From Candidatus Dormiibacterota bacterium (lineage in GTDB: Bacteria > Chloroflexota > Dormibacteria > Aeolococcales > Aeolococcaceae): DNA of 64,000 nucleotides. The DNA is taken from NCBI GenBank assembly GCA_035552595.1, contig DASZKZ010000083.1, positions 2,538 to 66,537 on the forward strand, in the 5' to 3' direction. Under the pieces are notes generated by a model. It saw nothing but the letters and a program-made list of their open reading frames with translations. It was not told where the DNA came from and did no database searches. The translations under genes were made by a program, and so were the position numbers. This document shows positions 26,139 through 35,356 of this stretch, one piece after another (the first letter of the stretch is position 1; each line of letters begins with the position of its first letter).

Positions 26139-27395
26139 ATGTCGCAGCGGGTCATGCTCGTCCTTCCCACCGCCACCTACCGGGCGACGGCCTTCCTTCG
26201 CGCCGCCGAGCGGCTCGGGCTGGACTGCGTGGTGGCCTCGGACGAGGCGCCCACGCTGGCGGCGCTGATGGAGGGACGCGTGCTCACCCTCGACCTCGGC
26301 GATCCCCAGCGCGCGGCCGTCCGCGCCGCGACGTTTGCAGCGCAATGGCCGGTCGACGCGATCATCGGCGTCGACGAGGCATCCGTCCTCACCGCAGCCC
26401 ATCTGGCCACCGCGCTGGGCATCGCGCGCAACCCGATCGAAGCTGTCGGGGCCACCCGCGACAAGCGGCGATTGCGCGCGCGGCTCGACGAGGCATCGGT
26501 GCGGCAGCCACGGTGGGTCGAGGCACGGGGCGACGCCACCGGGTCCGCGGCTGCCCACGCGGCTGCGGCGGTGGGGCTGCCGTGCGTCGTCAAGCCTGTC
26601 AACCTTGCCGCCAGCCGGGGGGTGATCCGCGCGGACACCGGCGCGGAGCTGGCTGCCGCGGTCATCCGGGTCGACAGGCTGCTGCGCCGCCCCGGGCTGT
26701 GCGGTCCCGACGGCGATCCACCCCTGCTGATCGAGGAGTTCATCGCCGGTGCCGAGATCGCCATCGAGGGGCTGCTCAGCGGCGGGGAGTTGACGGTGCT
26801 GGCCGTCTTCGACAAGCCCGACCCGCTCGACGGGCCATTCTTCGCCGAGACGCTGTATGTGACCCCATCGAGACATGACCCCGCCATGCTCGATGATGCC
26901 GTGGCGGTGACCCGCGAGGCGCTGCACGCCCTGGGCCTCGTGGACGGTCCGATCCACGCCGAGCTGCGCCTGGCAGCCAGCGGGGCCGTCTTCCTCGAGG
27001 TGGCGGCACGATCCATCGGCGGCCGATGCTCGTCGGCGCTGCGCATTCTCGATGGAGAGCACGAGATGTCCCTCGAGGAGCTGATCCTCCGCCATGCGTT
27101 GGGGATGCCCCTGGGGCGGCCTGGGCTGGCTCCCGGAGGAGCCGGGGTTCTCATGCTGCCCGTGCCCAGCGCCGGCGTCCTGCACCGGGTGTCCGGCGCG
27201 CGCGAGGCGGCAGCGGTGCCGGGTGTCACCGCCGTGGACCTCACCATCCCGGTCGGCCAGGCGGTGGAATCACTCCCCGAAGGTGATCGATATCTCGGCT
27301 TCGTCGTCGCCCGGGGACCCGACGCCGCGAGCGTCGAGGAATCGCTACGGTGCGCGCAACGCCTGATCGGTGTCGAGGTTGCCGTCCACCGTTGA
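26139..27395 (+). CDS. ATP-grasp domain protein (carboxylate-amine ligase type)
   Basis: Pre-ATP-grasp N-domain, then DKRRLRARL, PCVVKPVNLAASRGVIR, LIEEFIAGAEIAIEG and PIHAELRL, the typical ATP-grasp blocks. Substrate unknown. Confidence 0.75.
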   Translation: MSQRVMLVLPTATYRATAFLRAAERLGLDCVVASDEAPTLAALMEGRVLTLDLGDPQRAAVRAATFAAQWPVDAIIGVDEASVLTAAHLATALGIARNPIEAVGATRDKRRLRARLDEASVRQPRWVEARGDATGSAAAHAAAAVGLPCVVKPVNLAASRGVIRADTGAELAAAVIRVDRLLRRPGLCGPDGDPPLLIEEFIAGAEIAIEGLLSGGELTVLAVFDKPDPLDGPFFAETLYVTPSRHDPAMLDDAVAVTREALHALGLVDGPIHAELRLAASGAVFLEVAARSIGGRCSSALRILDGEHEMSLEELILRHALGMPLGRPGLAPGGAGVLMLPVPSAGVLHRVSGAREAAAVPGVTAVDLTIPVGQAVESLPEGDRYLGFVVARGPDAASVEESLRCAQRLIGVEVAVHR

Positions 27396-27524
27396 GCGCA
27401 GGGCAGCCGCGTACCCCAGCAATGAGGCAGCGTCACCGCGCGCCCCAGGCGTCCTCCGATGGGTTGGTGGTCCGCGCGCCCGCCATGGCGCCATCCTCCT
27501 CGAAGGGCCGGTAGGATCCGGGCG

Positions 27525-28130
27525 GTGAGCAAGCAGCGCCTCGAAGCTCTCAGCGACGGCGTCTTCGCCATCGCCATCACGCTGCTGGTGCTGACCATCG
27601 CGCAGCCGGGTGACTACAACCACCTGGCCCAGCAGCTCGCCGATCGTTGGCCGGGATTCGCCGCCTACGTGGTCAGCTTCGCCGTCATCGGCATCATGTG
27701 GTTCAACCACCACTCCATCTTCGCCCACTTCGAACGGGTCGACCGCGGCCTCGTCTACCTCAACCTCGCATTGCTCATGACGGTGGTCTTCATCCCCTAC
27801 CCGACCGGCATCTTCGGCCAGGCTCTGCAGAAGGGGCAGGGCGCCCAGACGGCGGCGGTGTTCTACAGCGCGGTGATGGCGATCAACGCGTACGCCTGGT
27901 CGGCACTGTGGGTCTACGCGTCGCGGGGCCGCAGGCTCCTCTCACCGCACTTCCCGGAGGCGCAGCGCGGCATCGCCACCGTTCTCTTCACGGTGGGCGG
28001 CGCGCTCTACACCATCACCGTCGCCATCGCCTTCATCTCAGCGTCTGCCTGCCTGGCGTTTCACGCGCTGCTGGCCGTGTACTACGCGCTCGACCCCATC
28101 TCACGACGCGCCGCGCGCAGCAGCGGTTGA
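27525..28130 (+). CDS. TMEM175/DUF1211-family potassium channel homologue
   Basis: GTG 27525 (VSKQ...). Signature RLEALSDGVFAIAITLLVL in TM1, six predicted TM helices, about 200 aa. Confidence 0.8.
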   Translation: MSKQRLEALSDGVFAIAITLLVLTIAQPGDYNHLAQQLADRWPGFAAYVVSFAVIGIMWFNHHSIFAHFERVDRGLVYLNLALLMTVVFIPYPTGIFGQALQKGQGAQTAAVFYSAVMAINAYAWSALWVYASRGRRLLSPHFPEAQRGIATVLFTVGGALYTITVAIAFISASACLAFHALLAVYYALDPISRRAARSSG

Positions 28131-28139
28131 GGGCGGCGC

Positions 28140-28925
28140 TCAGCCGGCGCCGAGGTCGACGTCGACGACCACCGGGGCATGGTCGGATGGTGCCTTGCCC
28201 TTGCGGGCGTCGCGGTCGACGTACGCGTCGCTGATGTGCGCGGCCAGGCCGGCGCTGAGCAGGACCAGGTCGATGCGCATGCCCAGGCCGCGATGGAAGT
28301 TGCCACCCCGGTAGTCCCAGTAGGTGAAGGGCTGCGGGCCCTTGAGGGCCCGCGCCGTGACATCGGTGAGACCGAGCTCGAGGAGGGCGGTGACGGCGGC
28401 GCGTTCCGGAGCGGTGACATGTGTGGAGCCGATGAACGCGGCCGGATCCCAGACGTCACTGTCGGTCGGGGCGACGTTGAAGTCACCGCAGACCGCCAGC
28501 GGAGCCGCGTCCGCCGCCTCGGCGGCGAGGGCCTCACGCAGCGCGCTCAGCCAGGACAGCTTGTACGCGAAGTGCGGGCTGTCGACGGTGCGCCCGTTGG
28601 GAACGTACAGGGACCACACCCGCACCGGCCCGCAGGTGGCCGCCAGGGCCCGAGCCTCGGGATCGGGAAACCCGGGCTCGCCGGGGAATCCCCGGCGCAC
28701 GGCCGCGAGCCCGACGGTGGAGATGATGGCCACGCCGTTCCACTGACCGGCCCCGTGGGTGGCGGCGTCATAGCCGAGCGCCGCCAGCTCGGCGCGGGGG
28801 AAGAGCTGGTCGGCGACCTTGGTCTCCTGCAGACAGAGCACGTCGGGGCGGGTGCTCTCCAGCCAGTCGAGGACGCGGGGCAGGCGCATGGTCAGCGAGT
28901 TGACGTTCCAGGTGGCGATCCTCAT
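28140..28925 (-). CDS. xthA: Exodeoxyribonuclease III (AP endonuclease)
   Basis: ATG 28925 (MRIATWNVNSL...). Motifs CLQETK, GDFNVAP and SDHAPVVVD. Lies 4 nt downstream of the cyclase gene stop. Confidence 0.9.
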   Translation of the reverse strand: MRIATWNVNSLTMRLPRVLDWLESTRPDVLCLQETKVADQLFPRAELAALGYDAATHGAGQWNGVAIISTVGLAAVRRGFPGEPGFPDPEARALAATCGPVRVWSLYVPNGRTVDSPHFAYKLSWLSALREALAAEAADAAPLAVCGDFNVAPTDSDVWDPAAFIGSTHVTAPERAAVTALLELGLTDVTARALKGPQPFTYWDYRGGNFHRGLGMRIDLVLLSAGLAAHISDAYVDRDARKGKAPSDHAPVVVDVDLGAG

Positions 28926-28929
28926 GGCG

Positions 28930-31900
28930 TCAGGAGGCCGTCGAGAGCACGGCCACGCGGTCGCATCTGTCCATCCAGGGAGCTGCCTCGAGCTCCTCGA
29001 AGACGGAGCGGGCCTGGTCGAGGAGCGGCTGGGCCTCGCGGCGGCGACCCTCTCCGGAGAGCGCCTCGGCGAGCTCGAGCCGGGTGACCGCCAGCCAGAG
29101 GGGAGAGGTGATCTCTTCGAAGATCTGCGCCGCCCGGAGGTACGCGGCCTCGGCCGCCCCGGCGTCGCCACGCAGCACCGCCAGCCGGCCGCGGAAGCGC
29201 GCGGCGTGCGCGGTCACGAACGGCGGCCGCTGCGGAGCGTGGCGCTCGTCGACCCCGTCGAGGGTGCGCTCCACCTCCTCGATGCGACCGCTGCGCACGC
29301 CCGCCTCCATGCCGTCGACGAAGGCCTTCTTCACCGCCTCGTCGGTGAGCACGATGGAGGCGTCCTCGAGCAGCCGGCGCACCGCCTCCAGCGCCGTGGT
29401 GTAGCGACCGGTGGCGGTGTCGACGGCGATGACCAGCGCGGCATGGGTGGAGAGCGTCTGCATGTCGGAGGACGTGCCCCACGCGTCGCAGTCGGCGAGG
29501 AGCTGCACCGCCGCGTCGATCTGGCCACGATGGATGTGCAGATGCGTCGCCGCCTCCGCGACGGAGAGGAACTCACCGCTGGTGAGCTCGGCGTGTGACA
29601 TCGATCCCAGGTGATCGGTGACCTCGTGCCACTGGCCGGTGCGGTAGAGGGCTCCCAGCAGCTCGGAGAGCACGTATCCCTCGTTGACGCGGTCGCCGAT
29701 CTTGCGGGCCAGGAGCAGGGCGCTGCGCAGCTCCGCGATGGCGTCGAGGTCGCGGTCGACGCGTGACAGGCTGTCGGCGACGTTGCAGTAGGAGCGCAGC
29801 GCCGCCGAGGGGACGTCGTGGTCGAGCGCGACCTGGAGCGCGTGGGTGAGCATGGCCACGCCCTCCTCGCGATTGCCGCGCGCGGCGGCGACCACGCCGA
29901 GGGTGTTGAGCGCGTTGGAGATCACCCCCGGCAGCGCGATGTGCTCGGCGATGTCGAGCGCGACGCGGGTGCGCGCGCTGGCCAGGTCCATGTTGCCGAC
30001 GAAGAAGTGGAACCGGCCCAGCTGCGCGGCCAGCGCGGCGAGGTCGGCGTCCCCGGGGTCGGCGGACAGGATGGCGAAGGCGTCCTCCATGCGGGCGATC
30101 GCGGTGTCGACGTCGCCGCGCATGCGGGTGATCTCCGCGGAGCGTGCCGAGGCACGAGCCGCGGGGTGGGCCAGCCCAGCGGCCCCGAACAGGGTGATGG
30201 CCTGCTCGAAGTGCTCCGCCGCCTCATCGATACGACCGCCGAGCAGCGCCATCTCGGCGGCGCGCTCGTGGATCTCCGCCTGGCGCTGCGCTCCCTCGAC
30301 GAGGTGGAGCGCCTCCTCGAAGTAGTGCTGCGCCTCCGGGTTGGCGGCCAGCGAGGCCGCGTGCTCCGCCGCCTGGGTCATCATCTCCGCCGCCTTGGTG
30401 CGGATCCGGGCCGCGTCGGGATCGGCGGGGGCGAGCCGGTAGGCCTCGAGGAAGTGGGAGGCGACCACCTCGACGACGTCACCGTCGGTCTTGCCCCAGG
30501 CGTCCTCGAGCCATTCTCCGGCGGCCAGATGACGGCGCTTGCGGTCCTGCCGCGAGAGGGTCTCGTAGGCCACCCAGCGGATCAGGTCCTGCCCGAAGGC
30601 ATAGAGGCCGCGCTCGGGCGAGCGCGGATCGGACTGCAGCGTGAGCACCTCGCGGCGCACCAGGTCGGTGAGCAGCGAGCGGGCGCCGGCCGGGTCGATG
30701 TCGCCCACCGCCGCCGCCGCCTCGGAGCTGAACGTCTTGCCCAGCACCGAGGCGTCCTGGAGCAGCCGCCGCTCCGGTTCGGGAAGCCCGTCGAGCCGGG
30801 CCGCGATGAGCGCGTGCAGAGTCTCCGGGACCTCGAGTGTGTCGACCGAACCGGTCACCCGGAAGCCCGCGCCCTCGGGCACGAGCAGCCCCCGGTCGAC
30901 CAGGCTGCGCACCGTCTCGACGGCATACAGAGGCACGCCGGCGGCGCGGTCGACGATGCGGCCGCGCAGCTCCTCCGGCATGCCGGGCACCAGCCCGGAG
31001 AGCAGCACGCGCATCACCTCGTCGCTGAGCGGGTCGAGGAGCAGCGAGGTGAAGCTGCGTGTGCCACCCCAGGTGGGATGTCGCTCGGACAGCTCGGGAC
31101 GCGCCAGCGTGATCACGTAGAGCGCGTGGTTGCGCGACCAGTCGAGCAGGTGCTCGATGAACTCGAGCAGCGAGGCGTCGGCCCATTGCAGGTCCTCGAT
31201 GACCAGGACCGTCGGCGACTGCTCGGCGAGGCGCTCGAAGAAGAGCCGCCAGGCGCCGAAGAGGTCGTCACGGTCGGTCGCGGCACGGTCCTCGAGACCG
31301 AGCAGATGGGCCAGACGGGGTTCGACCCAGCGCTGCTCCTCCGGGTCGGGCACGTTCTCGGCGAGGGTGGCGCGCAGCTTGGCCATGGCGGAGGCCAGCG
31401 GCTCGCCCTCGGTGATGCCGGTGCGCATGCGCACGATGTCCGCGAGCGCCGAGTAGGTGACCCCCTCGCCGTAGGCGAGGCAGCGCCCCTGATGCCAGAA
31501 CACCTCAGAGGCGAGGCCGTCGATGTACTTGCAGAACTCCCACGCCAAGCGCGACTTGCCGATGCCGGCGACGCCGACGACGGAGACGAGGTGGGCGGCG
31601 CGCTCGTCGGCGGCGGCATGGAAGAGGTCCTTGACGAGGCGGAGCTGGCGATCGCGTCCCGAGAACGGCGCCTCGAAGCCCGCGGACCTCAGCGCTCCGC
31701 GCCGGGTGCCGACGACGCGCACCGCGCGCCACACCTTGACCGCGTCGGCCTTGCCCTTGAGCGCACGGTCACCGGCATCCTCGTACTCCACCGCCGCCTC
31801 GGTGGCGCGGCGGGTGGAATCGCCGACCAGCACCGTCCCCGGCTCCGCCGCCGTCTGGATCCGCGAGGCGGTGTTGACCATGTCCCCCGCGACCATCCCC

Positions 31901-32508
31901 TGCGCCGAATCACCGAGGGTGACGGCAGCCTCTCCGGTGAGCACGCCGGCGCGGACCCGCAGCGTGTCGATGTCCACGTCCGCGCCCAGCGTCGCCACCA
32001 TCTCGACGAGGTCGAGGGCGGCGCGCACCGCCCGCTCGGCGTCGTCCTCCTGGGTCACCGGCGTGCCCCAGACCGCCATCACCGCGTCACCGATGAACTT
32101 CTCGACGGTGCCACCGTAGCGTCCGATCACCGCCCGGCAGCCGTCGAAATAGCGGGTGAGCAGCTCGCGCACGTCCTCGGCGTCGCGCTTCTCGCTGGCC
32201 TGGGTGAACCCGGCCAGGTCGGCGAAGAGGATCGACACCAGCCGGCGCTGCGCGGTGGGCGGCTGCCGGCCACCCCCATCCGGCCGGCGCACGTCCGACG
32301 ACGCGATGGCTGAGTCAGCGGGGGCGCCGCACTGGTCGCAGAACCGTGCGCCCGCGTCGAGCGGGGTCCCGCAGGTGGCGCAGGCCCGGACCAGCGCCAC
32401 CCCGCAGCGCTTGCAGAACCTGCTGCCGGCGCGATTGTCGGCGCCACACTGGGGACACCCCAAGAAAAGCCGCCTCCGCTGTGCTGGTCCACCGTCGTGC
32501 GCCGCCAT
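28930..32508 (-). CDS. Double Zn-ribbon / class III adenylate-guanylate cyclase / STAND (AAA_16) ATPase / TPR multi-domain signalling protein (1192 aa)
   Basis: aa 17-62: CPQCG..CKRCG..CATCG..CDQCG. aa ~88-265: cyclase domain (ILFADLAGFT, KFIGDAVMAVWG, NTASRIQ). aa ~312: Walker A GVAGIGKS, then Walker B VLVIEDLQWAD. The C-terminal ~550 aa are TPR/helical repeats. Confidence 0.85.
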   Translation of the reverse strand: MAAHDGGPAQRRRLFLGCPQCGADNRAGSRFCKRCGVALVRACATCGTPLDAGARFCDQCGAPADSAIASSDVRRPDGGGRQPPTAQRRLVSILFADLAGFTQASEKRDAEDVRELLTRYFDGCRAVIGRYGGTVEKFIGDAVMAVWGTPVTQEDDAERAVRAALDLVEMVATLGADVDIDTLRVRAGVLTGEAAVTLGDSAQGMVAGDMVNTASRIQTAAEPGTVLVGDSTRRATEAAVEYEDAGDRALKGKADAVKVWRAVRVVGTRRGALRSAGFEAPFSGRDRQLRLVKDLFHAAADERAAHLVSVVGVAGIGKSRLAWEFCKYIDGLASEVFWHQGRCLAYGEGVTYSALADIVRMRTGITEGEPLASAMAKLRATLAENVPDPEEQRWVEPRLAHLLGLEDRAATDRDDLFGAWRLFFERLAEQSPTVLVIEDLQWADASLLEFIEHLLDWSRNHALYVITLARPELSERHPTWGGTRSFTSLLLDPLSDEVMRVLLSGLVPGMPEELRGRIVDRAAGVPLYAVETVRSLVDRGLLVPEGAGFRVTGSVDTLEVPETLHALIAARLDGLPEPERRLLQDASVLGKTFSSEAAAAVGDIDPAGARSLLTDLVRREVLTLQSDPRSPERGLYAFGQDLIRWVAYETLSRQDRKRRHLAAGEWLEDAWGKTDGDVVEVVASHFLEAYRLAPADPDAARIRTKAAEMMTQAAEHAASLAANPEAQHYFEEALHLVEGAQRQAEIHERAAEMALLGGRIDEAAEHFEQAITLFGAAGLAHPAARASARSAEITRMRGDVDTAIARMEDAFAILSADPGDADLAALAAQLGRFHFFVGNMDLASARTRVALDIAEHIALPGVISNALNTLGVVAAARGNREEGVAMLTHALQVALDHDVPSAALRSYCNVADSLSRVDRDLDAIAELRSALLLARKIGDRVNEGYVLSELLGALYRTGQWHEVTDHLGSMSHAELTSGEFLSVAEAATHLHIHRGQIDAAVQLLADCDAWGTSSDMQTLSTHAALVIAVDTATGRYTTALEAVRRLLEDASIVLTDEAVKKAFVDGMEAGVRSGRIEEVERTLDGVDERHAPQRPPFVTAHAARFRGRLAVLRGDAGAAEAAYLRAAQIFEEITSPLWLAVTRLELAEALSGEGRRREAQPLLDQARSVFEELEAAPWMDRCDRVAVLSTAS

Positions 32509-32551
32509 GATGATCGATCAGCGCGCCGGCGAACGGCAAGGACGCGGTCGG

Positions 32552-33568
32552 TCAGGCCTCGGTGACCTTGCGTGCGCGGCTCGGCGCCACGCGGGAGGGC
32601 TCGCCCGGCATCTTGGGGTACTGCGGCGGCCAGGGGGCGTCGGGCAGGCCGGCGGCGACGTCGCGCTCGTGCATGGCGAGCAGCGGCTCCAGCGACTGCG
32701 GGGCGCCGGACATCGGCGCCCACGGGTCGCCATCGCGGGCCACGCGCTGGGGGACGGTGGCGATGGTCAGGGCGTCGGGGTGGATGTCGCCGAGCTCGTC
32801 CCACGCGAAGGGCGTCGACACCTGCGCGCCCGGCCGCGCCCGCACCGACCAGGCGCCGAAGATGGTCTTGTGGGGCGCGTTCTGGTTGAAGTCGACGAAG
32901 ACGCGGCGGCCGCGCTCCTCCTTCCACCATGCCGCGGTGATCAGCTCGGGCCGGCGCCGCTCCAGCTCGCGGGCGACGGCGACCGCGGCGGACCGCACCT
33001 GGTACGAGGTCCAGCGCGGTTGCAGGCGCGCGTACACGTGGATGCCGCGATTGCCGGTCGTCTTGGGAAGGCAGGCGACGTCGAGCTCGTCGAACAGCCT
33101 GCGCACCTCACGCGCCCCCTCCTGCACCATCGCGAAGGTGACCCCGGGGGTGGGATCGAGGTCGATGCGGAGCTCGTCGGCGCGCTCGGGGTCGGACGCC
33201 TTGGCCGGCCACACGTGGAACCCGAGGCAGCCGAGGTTGACCGCCCAGAGCACGTGGGCGAGGTCGGCGGCGACCAGCGCCTGCGAGGTGGTGCCGTTGG
33301 GGGTGCTGACGACGGTGGTCTGCAGCCAGTCGGGGCGGGAGTCGGGCACGCGCTTCTGGAAGAAGGACGGGCCGCCGGCACCATTGGGAAAGCGCTGCAG
33401 CAGCACCGGCCGGTCGCCCATGGCGCGTAGCAACGGCTCCTCCATGGCCTGGTAGTAGCGCACCAGGTCGAGCTTGGTGTCGCCCCGCTCGGGGAAAAAG
33501 ACCTTGCCCGGGCTGGTGATCGGGACGTCCCGTCCGGACGCCCGGACAATCACCGCCTCGTCGTCCAT
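32552..33568 (-). CDS. LigD polymerase domain (NHEJ primase-polymerase, stand-alone)
   Basis: ATG 33568 (MDDEAVIVRASGRDV...). KVFFPERGDTKLDLVRYY, LLQRFPNGAGGPSFFQK, RIDLDP, TTGNRGIHVY and VFVDFNQN are the AEP/PolDom motifs. No ligase or nuclease domain is attached. Confidence 0.85.
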   Translation of the reverse strand: MDDEAVIVRASGRDVPITSPGKVFFPERGDTKLDLVRYYQAMEEPLLRAMGDRPVLLQRFPNGAGGPSFFQKRVPDSRPDWLQTTVVSTPNGTTSQALVAADLAHVLWAVNLGCLGFHVWPAKASDPERADELRIDLDPTPGVTFAMVQEGAREVRRLFDELDVACLPKTTGNRGIHVYARLQPRWTSYQVRSAAVAVARELERRRPELITAAWWKEERGRRVFVDFNQNAPHKTIFGAWSVRARPGAQVSTPFAWDELGDIHPDALTIATVPQRVARDGDPWAPMSGAPQSLEPLLAMHERDVAAGLPDAPWPPQYPKMPGEPSRVAPSRARKVTEA

Positions 33569-33620
33569 CGCGGTCCACCTTACCGCCTCACCGACATGAG
33601 GGGCGGAGGCCCGACGTGCT

Positions 33621-34742
33621 ATGACAGCCGTTGTGACCACCACCGTCCCCGCTCGCCGCACGTCGGCCGCGCAGCGTGGCTCATCCGATCGCGGCGGAGT
33701 CGTCCGGCTTGCGGGGCTGGGCACGGCGACGCCGCCGCGCCGGGTGAGCCGCGAGGACGTGGTCGAGGTTCTGCCCCGCATCTGGCCGCAGCTGGCGCGA
33801 CGGACCTCACTGCTCGTCGACCCTCTCGACGAGGGCTTTCGCCATCTGCTGCGAGAACCGGCGGAGATGGTGGAGGCGCTGTCGCTCGGCGACCAGACCG
33901 CGCGCTACGCGCAGGCCGCTCCGGACCTCGCGCTCGCCGCCGCCGAGCGAGCCATCGCCAGCGCGGGCGGCCGGCGCGACCGCATCGGTCTGCTGGTGGT
34001 GGCGTCCTGCACCGGGTTCATCCTTCCCGGGCTCGACGCCCATCTCGTCCCCCGCCTCGGACTTCGCCCGGACGTCTGGAGGATGCCCCTCCTGCAGCTG
34101 GGCTGCGCGGGGGGCGCGGGCGGGCTGGCCCGTGCCGCCGACTGGGTGCGCACCCATCCCGGCGAGCAGGCTCTGGTCGTTGCCGTCGAGCTGCCATCCC
34201 TCACATTCCGCCCCGGCGACCACTCCCTCGACAACCTGCTCAGCGCGCTGGTGTTCGGTGACGGCGCCGGGGCCATCGTGCTGGACGGCGGCGGCGGCAC
34301 TCCGACGCCAGGGTTGCGGATCGGTCGTGTGCGCAGCGTGCTCGTGCCGGGCAGCGTCGACGCGCTCGGGTACGACCTCGCGGACGATGGCTTTCGGGTC
34401 ATCCTCTCGCGACGGCTGCCGGCGATCCTGGCGTCGGAGCTGCCCGCGCTGGTCAAGGATTTCCGCGGTGGCGGCGGTGCCGCCGGGCTGGACGCGATCG
34501 CCCTGCACCCCGGTGGGCGCGCCATCGTCGACGCCGTCAAGACGTGCTTGATGCTGAGCGAGACCCAGCTGACCGCCACCAGAGCGGTGCTGCGCACCAC
34601 CGGCAACACCTCGTCGGCAGGGATCGTCTTCGTGCTCGAGGAGCTGGCGACCTCGCCGCCGTCGCCGTCCGGCCGCGGCCTGATCATCGGATTCGGTCCC
34701 GGCCTCACCGTCGAGCTCCTGGAGCTGGAGTGGGGCTGCTGA
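33621..34742 (+). CDS. Type III polyketide synthase
   Basis: Cys-His-Asn triad contexts: VVASCTGFILPGLD, ALHPGGRAIVD, TGNTSSAGIVFVL. C-terminus GFGPGLTVE. Confidence 0.9.
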   Translation: MTAVVTTTVPARRTSAAQRGSSDRGGVVRLAGLGTATPPRRVSREDVVEVLPRIWPQLARRTSLLVDPLDEGFRHLLREPAEMVEALSLGDQTARYAQAAPDLALAAAERAIASAGGRRDRIGLLVVASCTGFILPGLDAHLVPRLGLRPDVWRMPLLQLGCAGGAGGLARAADWVRTHPGEQALVVAVELPSLTFRPGDHSLDNLLSALVFGDGAGAIVLDGGGGTPTPGLRIGRVRSVLVPGSVDALGYDLADDGFRVILSRRLPAILASELPALVKDFRGGGGAAGLDAIALHPGGRAIVDAVKTCLMLSETQLTATRAVLRTTGNTSSAGIVFVLEELATSPPSPSGRGLIIGFGPGLTVELLELEWGC

Positions 34743-35356
34743 ACCGGCGCACCCGAACCGCGCTGGTGGCTCTCCTCGCCGCCCAGCGTCTCGCCGAGCT
34801 GCGCCGCTCCGCACGCAACCGCGCCCGTAGCGGGCAGGGGGTGGCGGCGTCGCCGGGAACCTATCCGCTCATGGTGGCCACCCATGCCGCGCTCTTCGTG
34901 ACCGCGGGATGGCCGCGACGCCATCGCCGAGTCCCGGCCGCGGTGGAGGCCGTGGCGCTGGCGGGGCTGGCCGCCGCGGTGGGGCTGCGCCTGAGCGTGA
35001 TCCACGAGCTCGGGCAGAGCTGGAACGTCACCGCCCACGTGTCGCCGTCGACGGAGGTGATCACCTCGGGACCGTACCGATGGATGCGCCACCCCAACTA
35101 CACGGCGGTGGCGCTCGAGTTCGCCTGCCTGCCGGTCGCGGTGGGAGCGTTTGGCGAGGCGGCGTGGCTCTCACTGGCCGATGCGCTGGTGCTGTGGCCG
35201 CGCATCCGCGCCGAGGAGGCTCTGCTCGACCGCCTGCCCGGCTACCGCGAGGCGTTCGCCGGTGTGCCCCGGTTCGTGCCCCGGCCCGGCCGGCGCAGTC
35301 AGAATCCCGCGAGGCTGGCCCAGTCGCGCGGGGTGAGCCTGCCGAAGCCCCAGTAG
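34730..35356 (+). CDS. Isoprenylcysteine carboxyl methyltransferase (ICMT)-family membrane methyltransferase
   Basis: GTG 34730 (GGAG SD upstream) overlaps the PKS stop by 13 nt. Motif GPYRWMRHPNYTAVALEF. Hydrophobic throughout. Position after a type III PKS as in srsA-srsB. Confidence 0.75.
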   Translation: MGLLNRRTRTALVALLAAQRLAELRRSARNRARSGQGVAASPGTYPLMVATHAALFVTAGWPRRHRRVPAAVEAVALAGLAAAVGLRLSVIHELGQSWNVTAHVSPSTEVITSGPYRWMRHPNYTAVALEFACLPVAVGAFGEAAWLSLADALVLWPRIRAEEALLDRLPGYREAFAGVPRFVPRPGRRSQNPARLAQSRGVSLPKPQ

